Assembly (NCBI GenBank): GCA_021201825.1
Contig: JAJQED010000001.1
Coordinates: forward strand, 27,785-91,784
DNA from: Alistipes sp.
GTDB lineage: Bacteria; Bacteroidota; Bacteroidia; Bacteroidales; Rikenellaceae
Direction: 5' to 3'
DNA: 64,000 nt
Shown here: positions 1-12,395 of the stretch, piece by piece
Layout: each line of letters starts with the position of its first letter
How positions within the stretch are numbered: position 1 is the first letter of the stretch
The notes under the pieces: model-generated
Told to the model about the DNA's origin: nothing
Databases searched by the model: none
Seen by the model: only the letters and a program-made list of their open reading frames with translations
Translations under genes and position numbers: made by a program

Positions 1-809
1 TCGATCCCGCCCCGGAACCGGCCGACATTGTGCGAGTCGAAAGCCTGCGTGAGCCGGTAGTAGGAATAAGCGTCGAAGCGGCGGCAGAGCTTGTCGCCCT
101 GGTATTGCTGGTAGGTGGCCGCGCGGAAACCGGCCACCTTGAAAAAGTTGTCGTTCTCCTGTTGGGTGGCGTTGTAGGCCACCGAGCCCCGGTAGCTCAG
201 CAACCCCAGCGACCGGGATACCCGCATCCCTTTTTTTCCCGCTTCGGGGTCCGGGAGTCCGTAGGTCTGGTCGGCCTCGATGGCCATGCGCTGTGATTCG
301 TTGAACGCTATGGTCCACGGCTGGCTCTTGGCCGAAGTGGCGATCAGCACCAGCCTCTGTACGAACCCGGGCCGGGTGAGGGCCATCTCCATGGCCTGGA
401 ACCCCCCTATGGAGCTTCCGATCACTGCCCGGGCCGAGGTGATCCCCAGGTGGTCCGCCAAAAGGAAGTGGGCGTTGACCATATCCCGCACGGTTATGAA
501 CGGGAATTTATCGTAGTAGGGACGACCGGTACGGGGGTCGGTGCTTATCGGCCCGGTCGTACCGTAGTGCGACCCGAGGATGTTGGCGCAGATGATGAAA
601 TGCCTGCGCGGGTCCAGGAAACGTCCCTGTTCCACCGTGCCGGGCCACCAGTCCGCAACGTCCGAATTAGCCGTCAGTGCATGGCATACCCACACCGCAT
701 TGTCTCCCTTGAACTTGCCGAACGTATGGTATGCGATGGTAAGGGACGGCAGTTCCTCCCCGTTCTCCAGCCGGAACGGCCCCTGGTATGTATAGTGTTT
801 TACCGGCAC
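1..809 (-). CDS. metX: homoserine O-acetyltransferase, C-terminus cut by the window edge
   Basis: Not in the ORF track because it is open to the window edge. My minus-strand translation from GTG at 809 reads VPVKHYTYQGPFRLENGEELPSLTIAYHTFGK...AVIGSSIGGFQAMEMALTRP...YQGDKLCRRFDAYSYYRLTQAFDSHNVG. It has a GxSxG alpha/beta-hydrolase nucleophile and sits directly downstream of metY. Confidence 0.8.
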   Translation of the reverse strand, partial: MPVKHYTYQGPFRLENGEELPSLTIAYHTFGKFKGDNAVWVCHALTANSDVADWWPGTVEQGRFLDPRRHFIICANILGSHYGTTGPISTDPRTGRPYYDKFPFITVRDMVNAHFLLADHLGITSARAVIGSSIGGFQAMEMALTRPGFVQRLVLIATSAKSQPWTIAFNESQRMAIEADQTYGLPDPEAGKKGMRVSRSLGLLSYRGSVAYNATQQENDNFFKVAGFRAATYQQYQGDKLCRRFDAYSYYRLTQAFDSHNVGRFRGGI

Positions 810-821
810 TCGGGTTGTAGT

Positions 822-2955
<2,134 letters not shown>

Positions 2956-3145
2956 AAGTGTCCCTGCCGTAAAGTACGTTTATATGTAACTGGCAAATTT
3001 AATCAAATTATGGGTTTAATTTATACAAATGTGGCCGGACTTGGCGCATTACCCGGCGGTAAAAAGAAATAATTGCCGGCCCCTGCGATTAATTTGTTAA
3101 AAAGATGTATTTTTGTCAATTCGAAAACATGGTAATTTAAAGGAC

Positions 3146-3979
3146 ATGGCAAGAAACCAAAAGCCGGAAACCGGGAACGCGCCGGTAGCCGGGCAAGCCG
3201 GGGAGACGGAAGAAGTTGCCGGCGCAACCCAAACCCAGCCGCGCCCTGCCGTAAAACGGGGGCCGAGCGTAGCCAAACGCAGTGCAAAAAAAGAGGCGGC
3301 CCGGGCCGAAGACCCGGAGGAAAAAATAGAATCGGCCATTACCTCCACCGAGAGGTATATTATCCAGAACGGCAGCAAACTGCTCTCTCTGCTGGCGGCG
3401 CTCGTACTTCTGGCCGGGGTGGTGATAGCCTACAAATATGCTTACCTGCCCAGCCGTTCCGAAAAGGCCGGTGCGGCGATGTTCGTCGCCGAGCAGCACT
3501 TCGCCGAAGATTCGTACCGGCTTGCCCTCGACGGGGACGGGTTCAATGCCGGGTTCCTCGAGGTTATAAGCAAATACGGCTCGACCCCGCAGGGTAATAT
3601 CGCTAAACATTACGCCGGAATCAGTTACCTGAATCTGGGAGAGCTGGACAAGGCCTACGAGTACCTGTCCAAATACAAGCCTACCAAAGGGGTTCCCAAC
3701 GAGGTGATCAACGCCCAGAACTACGGGTTACAGGGGGATATCCTCGTGCAGCAGGGGCAGTATGCCAAGGCCGCCGACAAATATTCCAAAGCGGTGTCGG
3801 CCGGCAGCAACTCGCTCACCGCCCCGTATTACCTCAAAAAACTGGCGCTGGTTTACGACGAACTCGGCCGCCACGGCGAGGCGATCAAGTCGCTCCAGCG
3901 CATAGCGGACGAATACCCGACCAGTATCGAGTCCCGCGACGTGGAGAAATATATCGGCGCCCAGGAGCAGAAACTCTGA
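3146..3979 (+). CDS. TPR-repeat membrane-anchored protein with a basic N-terminus (YfgM-like)
   Basis: ORF 3113..3979 with ATG at 3146. It has a Lys/Arg/Ala-rich N-terminus, one TM segment (LLSLLAALVLLAGVVIAY) and TPR-like repeats (AKHYAGISYLNLGELDKAYEYL..., GQYAKAADKYSKAV). Confidence 0.6.
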   Translation: MARNQKPETGNAPVAGQAGETEEVAGATQTQPRPAVKRGPSVAKRSAKKEAARAEDPEEKIESAITSTERYIIQNGSKLLSLLAALVLLAGVVIAYKYAYLPSRSEKAGAAMFVAEQHFAEDSYRLALDGDGFNAGFLEVISKYGSTPQGNIAKHYAGISYLNLGELDKAYEYLSKYKPTKGVPNEVINAQNYGLQGDILVQQGQYAKAADKYSKAVSAGSNSLTAPYYLKKLALVYDELGRHGEAIKSLQRIADEYPTSIESRDVEKYIGAQEQKL

Positions 3980-4049
3980 AAATAACCCCGCCGGGGAGAT
4001 TTTCGTTCCGTGTAACATCAAGACCACAATTTACATCCAGATAATACAA

Positions 4050-4097
4050 GAGGGGGTGCCGGCCGGGGGCTATCGCACCCCCTCCCGGTTTTTAATG
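4050..4097 (+). terminator. intrinsic terminator after the TPR gene
   Basis: A 10-bp GC-rich stem, gagggggtgc (4050-4059) with gcaccccctc (4075-4084), is followed by ccggttttta. Confidence 0.6.
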
Positions 4098-4253
4098 GGG
4101 TAGGTACGGGCGAGGGAGCGGGTGACACTGAGCCGGCCGCACAACGGCTCGACGGGACAACCGGCGAGGGGGCTTACCGAAATTTAATTGGCCGCCGCAG
4201 CGGTTGGGATTGTTTTTTGAAAGGGTGTTAAAAAGAAAAAGAAGAACGTATAT

Positions 4254-4775
4254 ATGGAGAAGAAAAAGAATTTATCGGTTTTCGGGGGGCCGCTGCCGTC
4301 GGCCGAGAACATGAAGTTCGGGATCGTGGTGTCGGAGTGGAACCCGAGGGTGACCGAGGGTCTGCTGGGCGGGGCGCTGCGCACGCTGCGCGAGGCGGGG
4401 TGTCCGGACCGGAATATTATGGTGAAATATGTTCCCGGGTCGTTCGAGTTGCCACTGGGGGCGCAGTTCTTCGCCGAGTATACCGATGTGGACGCGGTGA
4501 TAGCGCTCGGGTGCGTGATCCAAGGCGAAACCAAACATTTCGATTACGTTTGCCAGGGGGTCACCCAGGGGATCACCCAGCTGTCGCTGAACTGGAATAT
4601 GCCCGTGGCGTTCGGGGTGCTGACCACCGACACGATGGAGCAGGCGTTGGACCGCGCGGGCGGCAAGCACGGCAACAAAGGCGACGAAGCCGCCGCTACG
4701 GTTATCCGGATGGTTGCCATGCAGGTATCGATGGAAGAGGCCGCCGTCCCGGCCGACCGCAAGGATATAAATTAG
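4254..4775 (+). CDS. ribH: 6,7-dimethyl-8-ribityllumazine synthase
   Basis: 173 aa with [20 protein letters not shown]..., [22 protein letters not shown] and FGVLTTDT. Confidence 0.9.
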   Translation: MEKKKNLSVFGGPLPSAENMKFGIVVSEWNPRVTEGLLGGALRTLREAGCPDRNIMVKYVPGSFELPLGAQFFAEYTDVDAVIALGCVIQGETKHFDYVCQGVTQGITQLSLNWNMPVAFGVLTTDTMEQALDRAGGKHGNKGDEAAATVIRMVAMQVSMEEAAVPADRKDIN

Positions 4776-4906
4776 CCGGGGGGCGGTTCCAAATCCCCTG
4801 CCGGATAGCTCTTTCCGGTCGGGAAAGTGCAAAGTTTTGACGCGGGGCGGCATGGCTTTAGGCGGTTTTTTCGTAATTTGTGCCGGTTAACCCAAAATAC
4901 CGGGAC

Positions 4907-5569
4907 ATGGATGTGAAAATTTGCGACAGCTGGAAAACCGTTCTGCAGGCCGAGTTCGCCAAGCCCTATTTTGCCGACCTCGTAGAATTCGTAAAGGCAG
5001 AGTACGGCCGTAAGCGGGTATTCCCTGCGGGCAGGAATATCTTCCGGGCGTTCGACAAATGCCCGTTCGAGCAGGTAAAGGTGGTCATTATCGGCCAGTA
5101 TCCCTACCACGGTCCCGGGCAGGCCAACGGCCTCTGTTTCTCGGTCAACGACGGGGTGCCTTTCCCGCCGTCGCTCCAGAATATTTTCCAGGAAGTACAT
5201 ACCGATACAGGTAACCCGGTACCGACCACGGGTAACCTGGACCGTTGGGCCGAACAGGGGGTACTGCTGCTGAACGCTGTCCTTACCGTCCGTGAACATG
5301 AGGCGGCATCCCATGCCGGGATGGGGTGGGAACGGTTTACCGATGCCGTGGTCAACGCCCTGGCAGGGCACCGGGAGGGGATCGTCTATATGTTGTGGGG
5401 GTCGTATGCGCAGAAAAAGGCCTCGTTCGTCAATCCCGAGCGCAACTGTATCCTGAAAACGGTACACCCCTCGCCACTTTCCGCCTACCGTGGGTTCTTC
5501 GGGTGCAAACACTTTTCTCAGGCCAACCAATATTTGCAGTCCCGGGGGCAGGAGCCGATAAACTGGTAA
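4907..5569 (+). CDS. ung: uracil-DNA glycosylase (family 1)
   Basis: Motifs VVIIGQYPYHGPGQANGLCFSV, LLLNAVLTV and HPSPLSA. The ATG at 4907 is preferred over the GTG at 4880. Confidence 0.9.
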   Translation: MDVKICDSWKTVLQAEFAKPYFADLVEFVKAEYGRKRVFPAGRNIFRAFDKCPFEQVKVVIIGQYPYHGPGQANGLCFSVNDGVPFPPSLQNIFQEVHTDTGNPVPTTGNLDRWAEQGVLLLNAVLTVREHEAASHAGMGWERFTDAVVNALAGHREGIVYMLWGSYAQKKASFVNPERNCILKTVHPSPLSAYRGFFGCKHFSQANQYLQSRGQEPINW

Positions 5570-5586
5570 AAGGCAGTCTCTTTTTC

Positions 5587-6080
5587 TTTCCGTCATTGCG
5601 AGGGCTGCAAGCCGAAGCAATCTCGGTCATTGCATTCCAATTAAGGTTGCCGCATCGCTGTATTCGTTCGCAATTACAGTGGTTAATGCCTTGCGCATCA
5701 TCCTTTCATTCCTTTTCCACTTTTGCTTGTCCAAAAGTGGAGCAAAAGACCCCGCCTCTCCGGGGTCAGGCGTCGCTCCCGGGAGCTTCCCTCACTACAT
5801 GGTAGTTCGGGTGATCTCCCTCTTGCGACTTTAATCCTGCCCCGGCGAAAATGGCGGATAGATCCCGGCTTCGCCGGGATAGGAGATTCTTTACTTTATT
5901 TCTAAAAGATAGTTTTATCTTTCCCGTCCTTGCGAACCTTAGTAAAGCAATCTCTTCTTCTTCCTTTCGTCATTGCGAGGGCTGAAAGCCCGAAGCAATC
6001 TCGGTCCTTGCATTACCAGCAAGATTGCAACGTCGCTGCGCTCCTCGCAATGACGTTTTCTTTTGCTCGCAATGACGTTC
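5587..6080. repeat. cluster of REP-like interspersed palindromic repeats ('cattgcgagg...gaagcaatctc' family)
   Basis: There are direct copies at 5587-5638 and 5965-6017 (tcattgcgagggctg[c/a]aagcc(c)gaagcaatctcggtc[a/c]ttgcatt). A degenerate copy lies at about 5923-5955. Inverted half-copies ctcgcaatgacg lie at 6041-6055 and 6063-6077. Extra hairpins are at 5718-5741 and 5841-5876. Confidence 0.7.
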
Positions 6081-6209
6081 CTTTTCCCGTCATACCGAAA
6101 GAAGTCAATGAATCTCCCCCGGGAAATTACTGCACCAAAAAGTTTTCCGCCAAAAACGAACAAAGCACCCGGCTCATCCCGAATCCGGGGCGAGCCACCA
6201 TCAGGCCAA

Positions 6210-6695
6210 CTATTTCAGGGTTCGCTCAATATAACTGCTGTAGTCGTAGACCTCGGGTTTGTAGTCGGCGCTGAAAAGCGGTGAAGAGATCAGGAAATCG
6301 GCCGAAGAGCGGTTGATGGCCGTGGGCACATTATACAGTGTGGCGATGCGCAGGAGTGCCTTTACGTCCACGTCGTGCGGCTGGGCCTGCATCGGGTCCC
6401 AGAAAAATATCATCGCGTTGATCCTGCCCTCGGCGATGCGGGCACCAAGCTGCTGGTCGCCCCCCAGCGGCCCGGACTTGAGCAGGGTAATGTCCGCGCT
6501 CTGTTCGTCGAACTCGATACGCCTTTCCGAGAGGGTCTTCTCGACCATCCGCCCGGTGGTGCCGGTACAAACCAGGCTGCATTTGAACAGTTTTTCCCAG
6601 TTCCAGTTGACCCATTCGGTCAGCTCGTGTTTCATATTGTCGTGCGCCACAAGCGCGATGGTCAGTTTATTTTCCTTTAGTTTAACGGTTTTCAT
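6210..6695 (-). CDS. mgsA: methylglyoxal synthase
   Basis: 161 aa with IALVAHDNMK, CTGTTG, GPLGGDQQ and FFWDPMQAQPHDVDVKALLR. Confidence 0.9.
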   Translation of the reverse strand: MKTVKLKENKLTIALVAHDNMKHELTEWVNWNWEKLFKCSLVCTGTTGRMVEKTLSERRIEFDEQSADITLLKSGPLGGDQQLGARIAEGRINAMIFFWDPMQAQPHDVDVKALLRIATLYNVPTAINRSSADFLISSPLFSADYKPEVYDYSSYIERTLK

Positions 6696-6787
6696 ACCAC
6701 GTAGTTATATATTCGTTCGATAATCTTTCGAATCGGTCGGCGGCCCTTACACGGAACCCGCCCTTGCGAAGTTATGGCAGCAGGAGG

Positions 6788-7813
6788 TTAGTCGAACAGC
6801 ACGCTCTCGCGGGCCGGAGGGGTGAAACCCAGGTGGCGGTAGGCCAATTCGGTGACTTCGCGCCCGCGCGGGGTGCGCTTGAGGAACCCCTCCTTGATCA
6901 GGAAAGGTTCGTAGACCTCTTCGATGGTGCCGCTGTCTTCACCCACGGCCGTGGCCACGGTGTTCAGGCCCACCGGTCCCCCGGAGAACTTCTGGATGAT
7001 GGTGGTCAGTATGCGGTTGTCCATCTGGTCGAGTCCCCGGGCATCGATGTTCAGGGCCGTGAGAGCCACACGGGTGATCTTCAGGTCTATATGTCCCTCG
7101 CCCTTGACCATCGCGAAGTCCCGGACCCGCCGCAGCAGGGCGTTGGCGATACGGGGCGTTCCCCGGCTTCGCATCGCTATCTCGAGGGTCGCATCCTCGT
7201 CGATCCCGATACCCAAAATCCCTGCCGAACGCCTCACGATACCCGCCAAAACGGGCGAATCGTAATACTCGAGGTGGCAGGTAATGCCGAACCGTGCGCG
7301 CAGCGGGCTGGTAAGCAGGCCGCTGCGGGTGGTGGCGCCTATCAGCGTGAACGGGTTCAGCTCCAGCTGGATAGACCGGGCCGACGGCCCCTTGTCCAGC
7401 ACGATGTCAATCTTGTAATCCTCCATCGCCGAATAGAGGTACTCCTCCACGATGGGGCTGAGCCGGTGGATCTCGTCGATGAAAAGCACGTCCCCCGGGT
7501 CGAGGTTGGTCAGCAGGCCTGCCAGGTCCCCGGGCTTGTCCAGTACCGGGCCGGACGAAACCTTGAGCGCCGTGCCCATTTCGTTGCTGATGATATTCGC
7601 CAGCGTGGTCTTCCCAAGGCCGGGAGGGCCGTGCAGCAGGACATGGTCGAGCGATTCGCCCCTCATCAGGGCCGCGCTGATAAATACCCGCAGGTTGTCG
7701 ACCGTTTTTTCCTGGCCGTTGAAACTGCCCAGTTCCTGCGGCCTGATCCGGTTCTCGAATTCCAGGTCGCTGCCCAGGTTGCGTATGTTGTTGCCCTCCG
7801 ACATCGCCCGCAA
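6788..7813 (-). CDS. ruvB: Holliday junction branch migration helicase RuvB
   Basis: 341 aa with Walker [12 protein letters not shown], Walker [10 protein letters not shown], and [15 protein letters not shown]. Confidence 0.95.
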   Translation of the reverse strand: MRAMSEGNNIRNLGSDLEFENRIRPQELGSFNGQEKTVDNLRVFISAALMRGESLDHVLLHGPPGLGKTTLANIISNEMGTALKVSSGPVLDKPGDLAGLLTNLDPGDVLFIDEIHRLSPIVEEYLYSAMEDYKIDIVLDKGPSARSIQLELNPFTLIGATTRSGLLTSPLRARFGITCHLEYYDSPVLAGIVRRSAGILGIGIDEDATLEIAMRSRGTPRIANALLRRVRDFAMVKGEGHIDLKITRVALTALNIDARGLDQMDNRILTTIIQKFSGGPVGLNTVATAVGEDSGTIEEVYEPFLIKEGFLKRTPRGREVTELAYRHLGFTPPARESVLFD

Positions 7814-7986
7814 AGTTACAAATTAACCGGGGTTTACCCTACGCCCCGCCGGGAATTATTGCGGGTAGGGGAAAACCGACCGCTGTATCATCCTATTCCA
7901 TTTCCTTATCTCCTGATTGAAAAAGAAAGTAGTGGAAGTGGACTGAAGAGCTATGACTGTCAGCGTTGCACCAAATAATACCGGTA

Positions 7987-8988
7987 TTATGATGATAATG
8001 GATTGGGTTTTACTCGCTTTTTCTTTCTGATGATCTTATTGTATAGCTTATACCGTTGCATCGCGATCAGATAAAGATCACCGCCCCGACTTTTAAGATA
8101 CTTCCGGAATTCCTTTATTTCCCGGCGGGCCTTAACAGGATCCGCTTCATGGAGTGTCCCGAACATTACGGTAATAAAGTCGTTCATTACCATGGCTACC
8201 CCGTATCCGATGTTCAGCCCTATAGCACTTTCATCCGTGGAATGCCTCTCGGTATAGAAGTCCACCAGTTTTTTACAAACGTATTTACAATCGTCGAAAT
8301 GTTTTACAAAGCCGGCAGCGCTTACACTCTGGCCCTCCCGTCCCAAATAATATTTGTAAACCACCAGGTCCAGGAATACAATAGTGCGGACATGGGCTAT
8401 CGGGCATAAAACGTATTCCATATCGCTGTAATAACAATGGCTCAATCGGAAACCGTCTTTGCGCAGAATTTCTGTTTTATAAGTCAGGGAATGCATCGAC
8501 AGTACAGGCCGGGATATCTTTTCCTGGATAAGGAACCGGCGGAAATCGTACGGCTTTTCGTATTCCACGAAATAATAGACCGGAACGGAACGCTCGTTCT
8601 TGACATATTCCTGAGAAAAATGAGTTATTATCAGGTCGGCCTCGTGATATTTCAGTTTACCGACATACTCGATAAAAGACTCCGTATCGAACCAGTCGTC
8701 GGCATCCAGTGTCTTGAAATATTTACCAAATGCCTGGTCTATGGCAAGGTTTATCGCGGAACCGTAACCCCCGTTCTCTTTGTCCAGTACCCTGACGGAA
8801 GCAGGATATCTTTTTTCATATTCCCGGGCGATTTCGAGCGAACCGTCGCGGCTCCCGTCATTTACTATCATTATTTCAATATCGTCCAGTACATGCGGGG
8901 AGAGGACCGAATCGACGCACCGCCGCAAATAGGACTCCATGTTATATGTGGCAATGGCGATCGACAATATTTTCCGCTCTCTGACCAT
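7987..8988 (-). CDS. family 2 glycosyltransferase
   Basis: 333 aa with LSIAIATYNMESYLRRCVDSV...IMIVNDGSRDGS...LDADDW (GT-A fold with a DxD). Confidence 0.8.
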   Translation of the reverse strand: MVRERKILSIAIATYNMESYLRRCVDSVLSPHVLDDIEIMIVNDGSRDGSLEIAREYEKRYPASVRVLDKENGGYGSAINLAIDQAFGKYFKTLDADDWFDTESFIEYVGKLKYHEADLIITHFSQEYVKNERSVPVYYFVEYEKPYDFRRFLIQEKISRPVLSMHSLTYKTEILRKDGFRLSHCYYSDMEYVLCPIAHVRTIVFLDLVVYKYYLGREGQSVSAAGFVKHFDDCKYVCKKLVDFYTERHSTDESAIGLNIGYGVAMVMNDFITVMFGTLHEADPVKARREIKEFRKYLKSRGGDLYLIAMQRYKLYNKIIRKKKRVKPNPLSS

Positions 8989-8990
8989 GT

Positions 8991-10010
8991 TTATCTTTTT
9001 GAGAACACCACCATTTGGGGGATTTCTTTATTGCCGGAACACAAAAAGATCCTCCGCCATCTATTGAATTTCTTTTTTTTGATTTTCTCTATCTGTACTC
9101 TGGTGCTGTCATACAGTTCCAAGTCCGTATTGATAAGCGTTTCGGCGAATTGTTCCATTTTTTCCCATATATATTTCCTGTCGGACCTGCAGTTTACGGT
9201 CAAAGTAAGGGAGATAGTAAACCCGATAAACGTAGATATATGGAATCGGATCTCCCTTGTCAGGCCGTTCACTTTACCTGCGTAATATCGGGAATAATGA
9301 TCGGTAAGGTTACGGCATACGGTTAGACGGCCCGCGAAATCTTTCCTGACATTCCCCGGCAGGACCGCAGTCTCTATCATCGAACTGCAAACCGGAGCAT
9401 TGATAAACGCCAAATTCCTTAGCTGTGCCAAAGGCAAAATCAAGTATTCCTGGACGGTATAATCTCCAGTACCGAAACTTACTTCCTTACTGCGTAATAA
9501 GTCCGTGCGGTATGTTATAGCGGGTAAAAAGAGGAAGTAGCCGCTCAGGTTTTCAATCCCGTCATCGGGAAGATCGTAGACCCGGTTGAAATATATCTTG
9601 AAATAGTTTATGGCAAACCGTTCGCCCGTTTCTTTATTTTCTTTTGTAAATTGATTCAATATAAGGTCCACTTCCAGCTCCCGTAGTCTGCGGGTGTATA
9701 CCATAAATGCAGTATCGTTTATCCGGTCTGGCGCTTCGAGTATTTTAAAGTATTTTCCCTTAGCTTCATTTACTGCCGTAACGAGTGCCTCGCCGAATTC
9801 ATAACCCCGGCCATCCAATACCCGGATAGATCCGGGATATCGGTTTCCCGCTCCAGAGATAACGGACCTGATGTAACTTTCATCGCCGCAAATCAGGATC
9901 TCTGTATCCTTTTCGATCTTTGCGCAGGATAGGGAGTCGAGACACCCACCAAGCCATTTGTGATGACGTACAGGGACGAAAATGGCCAGGGTCAATAATA
10001 TTCGATCCAT
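8991..10010 (-). CDS. divergent GT2-like protein, paralogous in layout to the neighbouring GT2
   Basis: 339 aa with a similar length and layout (LTLAIFVPVRHHKWLGGCLDSL..., ILEAPDRIND), but the DxD region is degenerate. It lies 2 nt upstream of the GT2 gene. Confidence 0.5.
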   Translation of the reverse strand: MDRILLTLAIFVPVRHHKWLGGCLDSLSCAKIEKDTEILICGDESYIRSVISGAGNRYPGSIRVLDGRGYEFGEALVTAVNEAKGKYFKILEAPDRINDTAFMVYTRRLRELEVDLILNQFTKENKETGERFAINYFKIYFNRVYDLPDDGIENLSGYFLFLPAITYRTDLLRSKEVSFGTGDYTVQEYLILPLAQLRNLAFINAPVCSSMIETAVLPGNVRKDFAGRLTVCRNLTDHYSRYYAGKVNGLTREIRFHISTFIGFTISLTLTVNCRSDRKYIWEKMEQFAETLINTDLELYDSTRVQIEKIKKKKFNRWRRIFLCSGNKEIPQMVVFSKR

Positions 10011-10033
10011 TCGTCTCGGGTCGTGGAAACATA

Positions 10034-11176
10034 TTATTTGAATTTCATGATCACAAGCACCGGGTTGTCCTCTTCATTTACATGTTCGAGTTTTTTCATA
10101 AGCTCGTCCGAAAAACGGCCCTCACGCCTTATCAGGTCCACCCTTGTGGCCGGGATCATATTCACGGCAATATTACCGGAAACATAATTGGGTATCGACT
10201 CCCGGGTTATCTGATGACGACGTCCTTTGATCTGGGAATCTATAATGTCCGGATGATAAACGATCTTTTCCTGTTTGTCATACACATAGTCCGTGGCATC
10301 GAAGTCGGTATCTTCCACCGATTTCATTTTCTTGATCGAAGAGGCGAAAATATACCTTTCGGTTTCTTTAGCCATAAAAAGGAAAACTTCGGGGTCCATA
10401 TCCGTTACGGAAGGTGTCCGGGTCAAAACGGGTTTTTTAATACCGTCGTAACCCAGGAAATAAGTAGTGTCGGAGGAGAATTCCATAATATAGCAGCCAC
10501 CGGGAGCCTGGGGTATACGGTCGGAATGTATACTACTCAGGCCTAATATCCTGCCGTCCGGCAGGTTGATTGTCGTATTTTTCCGGATTTTGATCTCGTA
10601 CGGGATGCCGATCTTAGAGACGACGCTTCCGTTCTCCTTGGATATTATCGTAAAGGGTTCTTGGTTTTGGTCGGCTTCACTGTACAATATTATATTATCA
10701 CCGAAATCGCCCATTGCGGAATACCGGGCCGAATCTAACGGAAACGACCTTTTGTATTCTCCCTCGGGATCATATACCAATATATTATTTTTCTGACCAT
10801 TCAAAACGAATAACTCTTCCTGGGTGTCGTCGCAAAACATATCGGTTACCGAAATGTATTCCTGCGGCCCGGGACCCTTGCGGTTAAAACTGCTGTAAGC
10901 CTTGCCGTTACGGGTAAACAGCTGAATATCACCGGTGTTCGGATTTCTGAAAGAGATATATTTTTCCCCTAAAGAATAAACATCACCCTGGACAAGAAAT
11001 CCTTTTTTTGTTTCCAGCGGCACATATTCAACGTCGGCGATATCTTGAATGGTAATGGTTTTAACTTTATAGGAGCCGGTCACGTTTATATTGGGCAGGT
11101 CGCCGGTTTGTTTTTCCCGGCAGCCGAAAAGGCATCCGGTAAGAAGCAGTGCCGATAGGAGAAGAAATTTTTTCAT
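10034..11176 (-). CDS. lipoprotein, probable 6-bladed beta-propeller (BF3164-like family)
   Basis: Signal peptide plus lipobox (MKKFLLLSALLLTGCLFGC). The repeated beta-rich segments include the RKGPGPQEY motif typical of this Bacteroidales family, as I recall it. Confidence 0.65.
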   Translation of the reverse strand: MKKFLLLSALLLTGCLFGCREKQTGDLPNINVTGSYKVKTITIQDIADVEYVPLETKKGFLVQGDVYSLGEKYISFRNPNTGDIQLFTRNGKAYSSFNRKGPGPQEYISVTDMFCDDTQEELFVLNGQKNNILVYDPEGEYKRSFPLDSARYSAMGDFGDNIILYSEADQNQEPFTIISKENGSVVSKIGIPYEIKIRKNTTINLPDGRILGLSSIHSDRIPQAPGGCYIMEFSSDTTYFLGYDGIKKPVLTRTPSVTDMDPEVFLFMAKETERYIFASSIKKMKSVEDTDFDATDYVYDKQEKIVYHPDIIDSQIKGRRHQITRESIPNYVSGNIAVNMIPATRVDLIRREGRFSDELMKKLEHVNEEDNPVLVIMKFK

Positions 11177-11192
11177 TGGATTAAGGTTAAAT

Positions 11193-12395
11193 TTAACTTA
11201 AGTTGCAAAGATCGGGTTTTTGTAAAACCAGCTCATAATTTGATATTGGAGGACACATCCATCTATATATACAATCACGGCAGGGCATCCTGTCCCGTAA
11301 CATCCTCCAGGAAGTTCCGGTTATGATCTCCTTATACAGAATATCGTACAGCGGGTCTTCGATCCGGCCCAAGGCCGGGTGGTTAACGTTGGCATGGACC
11401 GTGCCATCGGGTAATACTACCAATCTTCCGAAAAAATTGCTGTTCAAGGTCTGCCGGGCGAATATATCGCGTTTTGTTAATTTTGCATTCCGTAGATCAT
11501 CCTCCTCCACAAAAACGCATCTCCTAAAAAAATCGAGATTATTACCGGTAAAAAAAGGCCTTTTCTCTATGTTATAATTGTCGGATATCCGGGCCGCCTT
11601 TTCATAATCCCTTTCCGACCTGACCGGGATGATCCACTTAATATTCCCGATGTTTGTAATTTTCCGGGTATCATCCGGATACTCCGTTAAGACCGTAAAT
11701 AGTATATCATCGGCGATCATCGATCCAACCGTTGTAATATTCTTAAAGAAAGAATCCGCTCCGATTATGACCGTAACCGGAAGCGTGCTTTCCTGCTGGA
11801 TCCACTGCCGGAAGTCCGCGAATTCGGGATGGGAAAATATATCCCCCGCCAGGTTTACCATCCCCAAGTTCTCACTTCCTTTACAGTTATTTATGAATTC
11901 AGCGACTTTTCCAACGGACAGGTCGTCTTCCGATCGCATTGGGGAAAGTAATTGCTTATGATAATCGGGATGGACGGAGTTGTCCCCGTTGATATGTAAT
12001 GTTACTTCGTGCAAGTAGGAGATTATCTTGCCCGCTTGCTGCCTCGAGTGCATTTCCTGTATATCATCCACACCCTCGAGAAGTTTAAGTATGGGGGGGA
12101 GGGAGGCCGGCCGTGAGTCCGGACCGGTATTAGCCGTTAAATCTCCGGCCCCGATCGAAATTATATTGTCGATCCATTCCCTGATGTGCTCTTTCTCGAG
12201 ATCCGATCCATCGATCTTTACGGAATATAGATTGTCCGGCTCGGATAATTCCTTGTAAATGGTGGTAATATATTTATCGATGCCGAATGTAAAATAGCGG
12301 TTGTTCCCGGTATTATATATCAACCCCTTGTTTTGCCCGATCCAGAAAAAAGTATCACTATTCAGGTTCAGCCAGTATGAATGCGGTTTGATCAT
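11193..12395 (-). CDS. 'pseudo-rSAM' / SPASM-domain partner protein
   Basis: 400 aa with no CX3CX2C triad anywhere. The C-terminus has a SPASM-like CRDCIYRWMCPP. It overlaps the rSAM maturase stop by 4 nt (12392-12395). Confidence 0.65.
   Translation of the reverse strand: MIKPHSYWLNLNSDTFFWIGQNKGLIYNTGNNRYFTFGIDKYITTIYKELSEPDNLYSVKIDGSDLEKEHIREWIDNIISIGAGDLTANTGPDSRPASLPPILKLLEGVDDIQEMHSRQQAGKIISYLHEVTLHINGDNSVHPDYHKQLLSPMRSEDDLSVGKVAEFINNCKGSENLGMVNLAGDIFSHPEFADFRQWIQQESTLPVTVIIGADSFFKNITTVGSMIADDILFTVLTEYPDDTRKITNIGNIKWIIPVRSERDYEKAARISDNYNIEKRPFFTGNNLDFFRRCVFVEEDDLRNAKLTKRDIFARQTLNSNFFGRLVVLPDGTVHANVNHPALGRIEDPLYDILYKEIITGTSWRMLRDRMPCRDCIYRWMCPPISNYELVLQKPDLCNLS

Noticed and set aside
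3980-4253. FMN riboswitch upstream of ribH
   Set aside because: I could not recognise the conserved FMN-element core. The region contains only a terminator for the upstream gene and an A/T-rich promoter-like stretch.
5326-6284. Small ORFs across the ung-mgsA gap (5326..5805, 5930..6274, 5939..6163, 6063..6284)
   Set aside because: They are translations of the REP-like repeats and hairpins. The reading frames follow the repeat units, not gene-like structure.
6764-7978. 404-aa plus-strand ORF
   Set aside because: It is antisense to ruvB, which has unambiguous Walker motifs. It is a shadow frame.
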